Shown here piece after piece: positions 56,689-64,000 of a stretch of DNA of 64,000 nt. The stretch's first letter is position 1; each line of letters begins with the position of its first letter. Location of the stretch: IMG/VR virus record IMGVR_UViG_3300032288_005579. One strand, written 5' to 3'. The stretch is from a virus. A program made the translations under genes and the position numbers. The notes under the pieces were generated by a model. That model was not told the DNA's origin. It searched no databases and saw nothing but the letters and a program-made list of their open reading frames with translations.

Positions 56689-58465
56689 GAAGCTTAGCGA
56701 TATTATAGCAGAATTTCTAAAACATTTGGAGATTGATACGGTTTTTGGAATCATAGGATCAGCTAATTCCCACATATTTGACTCTATACAAAAACTTGGT
56801 TATACAAGAATCATAAACACGCACCACGAACAATCAGCAGTGATGGCGATGGGTGCATACTATAGAGCATCAGGAAAATTATCTGCGGCTATAGTAACAG
56901 CTGGCGGAGGATCTACTAACGCCGTAACAGGAGTCGTAAGTAACTGGGCCGATTCCATACCAGGATTGATCATATCAGGTCAAGAAGCAAGTAATTACGT
57001 AAGAGATTATAGTAAGCTTAGAATGTATGGAACCCAAGGCCTGAACATGGTTAAAATGGTTTCAGACGTTACTAAGTACGCGGTTCAAATAGACGAACAC
57101 AGTTCTATCCAAGACGAGCTTGAAAAGGCTTTAAAAATATCTGTATCAGATAGACCTGGACCCTGTTGGATAGACGTACCCTTTAACATGCAATCCAAGA
57201 TCGTACAAACTAGAGATTGGAAGAATGATATCTCCAGAAGAAAGCTGGTTTTCGTGCAAGATATATTAGACGAAATAAGAAAGAGCGAAAGACCCGTTGT
57301 ATTAGGGGGAAACGGAGTCAGGTTGTCCAACTCAAAAGGCATATTCAATAGGTTTGTAAAGGCGGCAAAAATCCCCACCTTCCTATCATGGTCAGGCATC
57401 GATCTATTGAGTCACGATAATCCCTACTTTTACGGAAGATTCGGTCTATACGGTCAACGAGCTGCTAACTTCATAGTTCAGAACGCGGACTTAGTTCTTG
57501 TGTTAGGTAGTCGATTGGCTCTTCCCCACGTGGGATACGACTTCTCTCAGTTCGCAAGAGGTGCTAAGATCATCGTAGTAGACATTGACGAATTGGAGGC
57601 TAAGAAACATGACAGAGTGTACCACGTTTACGAAGATTGCAAAGATGTTTTGCAGACTTTGATGGAAGAACCGTGGAAAATTTTTGGAGAAAAACCCAAC
57701 TGGATTCAGTACTGTAATTCCATTAGATCGAAATACCCACTAGTTGATGATTATCACAAAGATAACGGATATATAAATTCCTATAAGTTCATAGACAGAA
57801 TGTCCGATTATTTGAAGGACGATCACATCGTTGTTACAGATATGGGTACAGCTCTGCTAAGCGGACACCAAACTATAAAACTTAAAGAGAACCAAACAAT
57901 GTTCACTTCTTTGGGACTCGGAGAAATGGGATACGGATTACCTGGTGCATTAGGCGCCGCACTAGCTTGTCCAAACAAACCAGTTCTTTGTATGAATTGT
58001 GATGGAGGTATGATGATGAATTTACAAGAGGCTCATACAATCATAGAGAACAATCTACCGGTGAAGATCATTATCTTCAACAATGACGGGTATCTCATGA
58101 TCAAGCATACGCAAAAGATGTTGTTCAAGAACAATTACGTTAGCGTAGATAAGAGAACGGGTTTGGGATTACCGGACTTTAGTAAAGTCATGCCGGCTTT
58201 CGGATATGAATACGCAGACTTAAGGTCGTGGGAAGATTTTGATGATAAGATGAAATGGTTCATAGACAATCCCAATGCGGCCGTCCTAGAAGTGTTCATG
58301 GACCCAGAACAGGATTTTATACCCAAAGTAAAAGGAGTATTGAAAGAGGATTTGACCATACTTGCTCCACCGATAGAAGAGATGTCTCCGCTTCTGTCTA
58401 TCGAACAAGTGAAGGACAGCATGATTGTACCTCTAAGTGAAAAGTCAAAACAGATAAAGAGATGA
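56672..58465 (+). CDS. Thiamine-diphosphate-dependent carboligase (acetolactate synthase / YerE-like)
   Basis: HHEQSAVMA, TAGGGSTN, GLGEMGYGLP, CDGGMMMNLQE...NN ThDP motif. Confidence 0.88.
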   Translation: MEYTNKKLSDIIAEFLKHLEIDTVFGIIGSANSHIFDSIQKLGYTRIINTHHEQSAVMAMGAYYRASGKLSAAIVTAGGGSTNAVTGVVSNWADSIPGLIISGQEASNYVRDYSKLRMYGTQGLNMVKMVSDVTKYAVQIDEHSSIQDELEKALKISVSDRPGPCWIDVPFNMQSKIVQTRDWKNDISRRKLVFVQDILDEIRKSERPVVLGGNGVRLSNSKGIFNRFVKAAKIPTFLSWSGIDLLSHDNPYFYGRFGLYGQRAANFIVQNADLVLVLGSRLALPHVGYDFSQFARGAKIIVVDIDELEAKKHDRVYHVYEDCKDVLQTLMEEPWKIFGEKPNWIQYCNSIRSKYPLVDDYHKDNGYINSYKFIDRMSDYLKDDHIVVTDMGTALLSGHQTIKLKENQTMFTSLGLGEMGYGLPGALGAALACPNKPVLCMNCDGGMMMNLQEAHTIIENNLPVKIIIFNNDGYLMIKHTQKMLFKNNYVSVDKRTGLGLPDFSKVMPAFGYEYADLRSWEDFDDKMKWFIDNPNAAVLEVFMDPEQDFIPKVKGVLKEDLTILAPPIEEMSPLLSIEQVKDSMIVPLSEKSKQIKR

Positions 58466-59328
58466 TCAGAGTAGGAATAATAGGGACTGGAAATATAGGA
58501 GCGGATCTTTTGTTGAAGGTACTAAAGACTGACTACATAAAGCCTGTCATATTTGCAGGAAGGCGCTTAGACTCCGATGGTATGAGAATAGCCAAAGAGC
58601 GCGGAGTTCCAGTAACTGATAAGGGCATACAGTACTTCATAGACAACCCAAAGTGTTGCGATGTCGTGTATGATTGTACGAACGCTGATGACGCAAGAGA
58701 ACACGCTAATGTATTCTCAGAACAGGGGATAAAAGTCATAGACCTTACGCCTTCTAAGGTAGGAGTCATGTGTTCGCCAAGCATAAATCCCAGTGCAGTA
58801 CAGTTGAACGAGAATGTCAACATGATAACTTGCGGAGGACAGTCTGCAGTGCCCATGTTGAATCTGATTTCTAAGTATTGTAAAGATTTAAGATATGTGG
58901 AGATGGTATCCCAGATCTCATCCAATAGTGCAGGGATGGCGACAAGGATAAACATTGATTCTTACATACACACAACAGAGAGCGCGATCAGGCAGTTTAC
59001 AGGATGCGAAAACTGCAAGGTCATATTGAACCTGAACCCAGCAGAACCCTGCGTGGACATGCAAACCACCATGTTTCTACAGTTTAAAGATATTGATTTC
59101 AACAAACTGGTGGAGGAGATCTATAAGAAAGTTAAGGAGTTGCAGCGATACATTCCGCATTACGAATTAGTACTTCCTCCAGTTATAAACGACGACGTAT
59201 TAGTGTTGAGCATAAAAGTTAGGGGATCAGGTGACTATTTGCCAGAATACGCAGGAAACCTTGACGTTATAAATTGCGCAGCTATAGAATTAACTAGAAT
59301 ACTAAATGAAACAGATAATCATAACTGA
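58462..59328 (+). CDS. mhpF: Acetaldehyde dehydrogenase (acylating)
   Basis: IIGTGNIG, DCTNA, IDLTP, NMITCGGQ, ATRINID, LPEYAGNLDVINCAA. Confidence 0.92.
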   Translation: MIRVGIIGTGNIGADLLLKVLKTDYIKPVIFAGRRLDSDGMRIAKERGVPVTDKGIQYFIDNPKCCDVVYDCTNADDAREHANVFSEQGIKVIDLTPSKVGVMCSPSINPSAVQLNENVNMITCGGQSAVPMLNLISKYCKDLRYVEMVSQISSNSAGMATRINIDSYIHTTESAIRQFTGCENCKVILNLNPAEPCVDMQTTMFLQFKDIDFNKLVEEIYKKVKELQRYIPHYELVLPPVINDDVLVLSIKVRGSGDYLPEYAGNLDVINCAAIELTRILNETDNHN

Positions 59329-60304
59329 CTCGTCTTTGAGGGACGGTAATCACGCCGTTAAACACAGTCTAGACTTCCACAGCGTAAAAAGATACTGTAA
59401 AGCCGCAGAGGAGTGCGGTATACCCATTGTAGAAGTCGGTCATGGAAACGGATTAGGAGCATCTTCCTTACTAATAGGAAAATCAAAGTATGCAGATAGA
59501 GAACTCCTAAGTTCTGCAAGAGAGATTTTAGTGAATAGTAAATTGGGAATACACATCATTCCCGGTATTGCTACTATAAAGAAAGACATAGAACCCGCCA
59601 TAGAGATAGGAGTAGATGTGTACAGAGTCGCCACTCATTGCACTGAAGCCACGTTGTCGAAGTCTCACATAGAATATCTCAAGTCAAAAAATAAAACTGT
59701 TTTTGGTGTTCTCATGATGTCTGCATTAGCAGACACTAAGACTCTATTAGATAACGCGAAGATCATGGAAGAATACGGAGCCGAAGCCGTCATAATCATG
59801 GATTCTACTGGAACTTATTTACCGCACGATGTGAAGGAGAGGATTTCGGCTCTCAAGAATGGATTGAATATTGATATTGGATTTCATGCGCATGATAACT
59901 TGGGATTGGCAACAGCAAATTCCCTTGTAGCGGCAGAAGAAGGAGCTAAATACATAGACGCCTGCATAAGAGGATTCGGTGCGGGAGCGGGCAATGCTCA
60001 TCTTGAAATGATAGTACCGGTATTGGAAAAGAGCGGATTCAAACTCAACGTGGATTTTAAGAGGATCATAATAGAAGCAGACAGCGTTATGGAATATCTG
60101 ATACCCTCAGCTCCCGTATCCACTCCTGTGAATGTATTGACCGGCTTAAATCGATTGTTCTCAGGTTTCGAAAAACCCATAATCAAAGCATCTAAACTTT
60201 ATGGAGTTGAATACTCTTCGTTGATATTTGAATTGGGAAATAGAAAGCTGGTTGCAGGACAAGAGGATCTGATATTAGAGGTTGCGCAAAAATTAAAGAA
60301 ATGA
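59306..60304 (+). CDS. mhpE: 4-hydroxy-2-oxovalerate aldolase
   Basis: DSSLRDGNH, EVGHGNGLG, RVATHCTE, MDSTG, FHAHDNLG, GAGAGN, LVAGQEDLI. Confidence 0.92.
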   Translation: MKQIIITDSSLRDGNHAVKHSLDFHSVKRYCKAAEECGIPIVEVGHGNGLGASSLLIGKSKYADRELLSSAREILVNSKLGIHIIPGIATIKKDIEPAIEIGVDVYRVATHCTEATLSKSHIEYLKSKNKTVFGVLMMSALADTKTLLDNAKIMEEYGAEAVIIMDSTGTYLPHDVKERISALKNGLNIDIGFHAHDNLGLATANSLVAAEEGAKYIDACIRGFGAGAGNAHLEMIVPVLEKSGFKLNVDFKRIIIEADSVMEYLIPSAPVSTPVNVLTGLNRLFSGFEKPIIKASKLYGVEYSSLIFELGNRKLVAGQEDLILEVAQKLKK

Positions 60305-61215
60305 ACATACTCATTACAGGCGGCAACGGATTTCTTGGATCTAATTTAGTTAGAAGATTTTTGTTTGAGAATCACAGTGTATACGTTGTATCGAACAATA
60401 CCAATAACATAACTGATGTATTAGATCGTGTTAAGTATAGTAAAGGTCACACCAAAGATTTACCCGATCTTAAAGACGAGATAAGAGAATTCTCGCCTGA
60501 CGCAGTGCTCCACCTCGGTTGGTCAGGAGGCAATAGGCATATAGACGTAAACGATCTAAAACAATTTCAAGAGAATATCGAACCGGGAATTCATTTTCTA
60601 AAGATACTAGGAGATCTTCCTATTCCTCCAAATTTCTATGGATTCGGAAGCTTTTCTGAATACGGTAATTACAATCGTAAAATATCAGAGACGGATCAAG
60701 AGGATCCGATAAATCTATATGGATTGTCCAAGTACACGTTCAAAAACTATAGTAAGTTGATATGTAGCATGTATGATATGGACTGGTCTTGGATCAGACC
60801 ATGTTACACCTATGGTCCTTATGATGTGGATACAAGATTGATTCCTTTACTTATCAAAAAGTTTTCTAATCACGAACACGTAATCTTAGACGATTGCGAA
60901 AAGAGACTAGACTATTTGTATGTAGACGATTTTGTAAACTACGTGTATACACTAGTGGTCAAAAAGAAGGTAGGAACATTCAACGTGTGTTCTGGAAAAG
61001 AATACTCTCTAAAAGATGTTATACTCAAAATCAAGAAGCTTACTAATTCCAAAAGCGAAATTACATTTGATCCTAGTTTGAATAGAACATACGTCTCTAA
61101 ATATATCTGTGGAAACAATAGTAAGATAGTAAAAGCAACTAGCACTTCACCTAAAGTAAGTATAGAAGAAGGACTCATGAATACCATAAATCACTATAAA
61201 CAAAAAATAAAATGA
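60301..61215 (+). CDS. NAD-dependent epimerase/reductase (SDR)
   Basis: TGGNGFLG, YGLSK, RPCYTYGP, DYLYVDD. Confidence 0.85.
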   Translation: MNILITGGNGFLGSNLVRRFLFENHSVYVVSNNTNNITDVLDRVKYSKGHTKDLPDLKDEIREFSPDAVLHLGWSGGNRHIDVNDLKQFQENIEPGIHFLKILGDLPIPPNFYGFGSFSEYGNYNRKISETDQEDPINLYGLSKYTFKNYSKLICSMYDMDWSWIRPCYTYGPYDVDTRLIPLLIKKFSNHEHVILDDCEKRLDYLYVDDFVNYVYTLVVKKKVGTFNVCSGKEYSLKDVILKIKKLTNSKSEITFDPSLNRTYVSKYICGNNSKIVKATSTSPKVSIEEGLMNTINHYKQKIK

Positions 61216-61850
61216 AAAACTTAGTAGTTGAAAAAGAGGGCGGTTGGATATGGCCGGCTTTGGATCAAATTAGTTGGGAATACCAGAACGAATTTCAAGA
61301 TTTGGCTCAACATGTTTTGCCTCACGTAAAAGACAGAAGAGTGATGATTCAAGCGGGAGGAAACTGCGGATTCATGCTAAGTAAGTTTGTTGGAGAGTTT
61401 GAGCACGTGTATACGTTTGAACCAGATCCTGTCAATTTCTACTGTCTGAATCAAAATTTGCAAAACGAGAATGTTATAAAATTACAAGCGTGCTTAGGAA
61501 AAGACAGAAATCCTGTGAGAACTCAACAACTATTTAGAGAAGGAAAACCGAATGATACGGGGGGAGTGCACGTATCAGGAGCAGGATATGTTCCATCTAT
61601 TCTAATAGACGATTTGAATTTACCTTACTGCGATTTGATACAGTTAGACGTTGAGGGATACGAATACAACGCTATTCTAGGCGGTCTTCATACCATTAAA
61701 ACCCATAAACCAGTTTTGTGCGTAGAGTTCTGTGAAAAGTGGTTAAATAAATACGATTCAGACTCAAACAAACTCCTTGATTTGCTTAATTCGATGGGAT
61801 ACTCTATGGTAGAAGAACACGGAGTCGATAAGATCTTTACTTATAAATAG
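61212..61850 (+). CDS. FkbM-family methyltransferase
   Basis: IQAGGNCG, YTFEPDP, QLDVEGYE. Confidence 0.85.
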   Translation: MKNLVVEKEGGWIWPALDQISWEYQNEFQDLAQHVLPHVKDRRVMIQAGGNCGFMLSKFVGEFEHVYTFEPDPVNFYCLNQNLQNENVIKLQACLGKDRNPVRTQQLFREGKPNDTGGVHVSGAGYVPSILIDDLNLPYCDLIQLDVEGYEYNAILGGLHTIKTHKPVLCVEFCEKWLNKYDSDSNKLLDLLNSMGYSMVEEHGVDKIFTYK

Positions 61851-61858
61851 TCCAATCT

Positions 61859-62647
61859 ATGAAAGTACTTGTGACTGGAGCTAATGGATACATAGGGAAA
61901 AGCCTGTGTATAAATTTGTCTTCGAAATATGAGATAACTGCTATAACCAGAAAAGAGGTAGATCTTACGGATTTTCAAGCTGTGAGTGAATACTTCAAAG
62001 ACAAGTATTTTGATGTGGTTATTCACTGTGCTATAAGCGGTGGACGTAGATTGCAAGAAGACGGAATATCGGTTTTAGATGATAACATAAAGATGTTCTA
62101 CAATCTAGAACACAACAAAAATCACTTCGGAAGGTTCATAAACTTCGGATCGGGCGCAGAGATATATCATAAGAACAAGTATTATGGCCTTAGTAAGAGT
62201 GTTATAAACCAATCAATAAGAACAAAGGAAAAATTCTACAACGTTAGGATATTCGCGGTGTTCGATCAAAACGAATTAGACACCAGATTCATAAAGACTT
62301 GCATAACGAATTATCTTAATAGACAGGCCATAGTCATACACGCAGATAAGCACATGGATTTTTTCTATATGAAAGATCTAATAACTGTTGTAGATTACTA
62401 CATAAGCAATGAAGATCCTCCATTTAAAGAGTTCAACTGCAGTTATGGAAAACCTATAACCCTTAAACAAATTGCGTATCTCATAAATCACCTAGAAAAT
62501 CATAAAGTACCAGTGATAGTAGAGTCCCAATCCATGGAAGTAGATTACATATCGCTGACAACCCAAAGAATTCTTGGATTAGATTACATAGGATTAGAGA
62601 GCGGCATAATAGAGACATATAACAATCTTACAAATGAAAAAAATTAG
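61859..62647 (+). CDS. NAD-dependent epimerase/reductase (SDR)
   Basis: TGANGYIG, GSGAE, YGLSK, DFFYMKD. Confidence 0.82.
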   Translation: MKVLVTGANGYIGKSLCINLSSKYEITAITRKEVDLTDFQAVSEYFKDKYFDVVIHCAISGGRRLQEDGISVLDDNIKMFYNLEHNKNHFGRFINFGSGAEIYHKNKYYGLSKSVINQSIRTKEKFYNVRIFAVFDQNELDTRFIKTCITNYLNRQAIVIHADKHMDFFYMKDLITVVDYYISNEDPPFKEFNCSYGKPITLKQIAYLINHLENHKVPVIVESQSMEVDYISLTTQRILGLDYIGLESGIIETYNNLTNEKN

Positions 62648-63920
62648 TTTCATAATAAACGCATCAGTCAATACACTGAGTTATCTCAAGCTACTTCTGA
62701 ATTCTCTTAAGACCAATCTGAGGTATTACGAACACGAGATCATAGTATTTGTCGATTCTGATAATGAGGGCACAACAGAGTATTTGAAATCTATAAAATC
62801 TGATTATTACGATTTGAAGGTTATAACCCACTCATTAAAACCCTGCGTAGGATACTCTAGAAATAGCAATCTATTGGTAGAACTAGCATCACACGATATA
62901 GTGAGTTATCTTCAATCAGACATGGTCGTCTGCAAAGATTACGATGTGGGTATATTAGAGGACATAGAAGACAATTGCATACTTAGTTCTACTAGAATAG
63001 AACCTCCGTTACACGGACCCTCCGAAGTAACATTTACAGCAAACTTTGGGTTATATCCTAATACATTCAAAAACGAAGAGTTTCTTCAGTACTCAGAATC
63101 TGTAAAGAGTACTAAGATAGTATCTCATTTCTTTGCGCCCTTTACTTTCTATAAAAAGGTGTGGTTGGATTGTGGAGGTTACGATACACTATTTAGAAAA
63201 TCAAGAGAAGACTCAGATCTTTTACAGAGATTTGTACATAGCGGTGTTAAGATAAAGCAAACATACAAATCGAATGTTTATCATTTCACGTGTGTTGCAT
63301 CAAGAGGTTTGAACTGGTTCGATAGATCTAATAAAGAAGCACAAGAAAAGCTGCAAATGCAGAACATAGCAGACACTATTGAAATGAAGAAATTCATAAG
63401 AAAGTGGGGAGGATTCTCACACGGGGAGGAACAACTGTACAAATACGATATAGATCTTGTATTGTTAAATTCAAATGAACACAATACGGATATGTCTATA
63501 ATACCAAACATCGAGCCATACTTCTCTAGAGTTTGGCTACAGTCTGAAGAGATAGTACAAAAGATAACATCATTCTCTCAAAATGGAGAACACCTATACG
63601 CGAACACGCTTCTTAAGTTTACCGAAGAAGATTGGCAAAAATTCAGCAAGTACTACAATAGTACAGACTATTCAAAGATTTATAAATTCGGTGCACCAGA
63701 AGAGTGGAACATAAAGATAGAAGTGCCTGTTGAAGGGTTGGTCAGAGACAATTTCATAGTCTCCAATCCAGCGATCCTCAAGAGCATGATAAATGTTGAA
63801 CCTGGTAGATACGAAACGGATTTTAATACAGTAATAGACATAAGGAACCATAAGCTTATTGATACCCCTGTAAAAGTGGAAAACCCCGTGTTTGATATGG
63901 AGCTCATACAAATACATTGA
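62634..63920 (+). CDS. Glycosyltransferase, GT2
   Basis: IIVFVD, YLQSDMV, GGYDTLF...EDSD, YHF. Confidence 0.8.
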   Translation: MKKISFIINASVNTLSYLKLLLNSLKTNLRYYEHEIIVFVDSDNEGTTEYLKSIKSDYYDLKVITHSLKPCVGYSRNSNLLVELASHDIVSYLQSDMVVCKDYDVGILEDIEDNCILSSTRIEPPLHGPSEVTFTANFGLYPNTFKNEEFLQYSESVKSTKIVSHFFAPFTFYKKVWLDCGGYDTLFRKSREDSDLLQRFVHSGVKIKQTYKSNVYHFTCVASRGLNWFDRSNKEAQEKLQMQNIADTIEMKKFIRKWGGFSHGEEQLYKYDIDLVLLNSNEHNTDMSIIPNIEPYFSRVWLQSEEIVQKITSFSQNGEHLYANTLLKFTEEDWQKFSKYYNSTDYSKIYKFGAPEEWNIKIEVPVEGLVRDNFIVSNPAILKSMINVEPGRYETDFNTVIDIRNHKLIDTPVKVENPVFDMELIQIH

Positions 63921-63955
63921 TATTGCACCCAAATCCATATTTATAATAAAGAACA

Positions 63956-64000
63956 ATGGAACCAGCTACCCATCCCAGATACACCATTACCCTAGAGGGG
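63956..64000 (+). CDS. Start of a gene running off the window
   Basis: ATG 18 nt after TATTTATA (63938); open to the window end. Confidence 0.5.
   Translation, partial: MEPATHPRYTITLEG

Noticed and set aside
56672-60304. Auxiliary metabolic genes for branched-chain amino acid synthesis or aromatic catabolism
   Set aside because: No AHAS small subunit, ilvC/ilvD or upstream meta-cleavage genes; the trio is embedded among sugar-nucleotide enzymes.
471-63956. Many minus-strand and short overlapping ORFs in the track (e.g. 13136-13768, 25892-26593, 7790-8386, 38914-39498)
   Set aside because: They lie antisense to or inside well-supported + strand genes, have no recognisable motifs, and look like shadow ORFs.
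1-64000. Bacterial chromosome with an O-antigen locus and prophage
   Set aside because: No housekeeping genes, integrase or export/ligase genes; the same phage promoter motif spans tail, chaperone and glycan genes, and all genes are co-oriented.

Overview
This 64 kb window is part of a large, uncultured-type dsDNA tailed phage with a contractile tail (sheath plus tube; T4-like/jumbo architecture). Essentially every credible gene is on the + strand and the code is standard table 11. Left to right: (1) the end of a glycan-modification block (carbamoyltransferase C-terminus, HtrL-glycosyltransferase fusion); (2) a tail/baseplate module (sheath, tube, assembly chaperones, tape measure, baseplate proteins, hub with C-terminal amidase); (3) replication/recombination genes (a short second PolA-like protein, gp32-like SSB, RecA/UvsX, 5'-3' exonuclease, DnaB helicase, class Ia RNR, PolA); (4) hsp20-groES-groEL followed by an RNA cluster (three tRNA-shaped RNAs lacking a normal anticodon arm, one tRNA-CAT, a further structured RNA); (5) a probable DNA base hypermodification cluster (aGPT-Pplase-like transferase, PLP enzyme, DUF6378, dUTPase, dCMP deaminase, Asp-type thymidylate-synthase homologue); (6) a 22 kb sugar-nucleotide/glycosyltransferase operon (GDP-fucose route with two fucosyltransferase types, 3,6-dideoxyhexose enzymes, and a TPP enzyme + acetaldehyde dehydrogenase + 4-hydroxy-2-oxovalerate aldolase trio suggesting a branched higher-carbon sugar). 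The strongest leads are the base-modification cluster with a cytosine-type specificity residue, the branched-sugar pathway, the tRNA-scaffold RNAs, a candidate 60-nt translational bypass in the tail chaperone genes, and a long-range 5'/3' UTR helix enclosing hsp20. All protein assignments come from motif recognition by eye; no database search was run.
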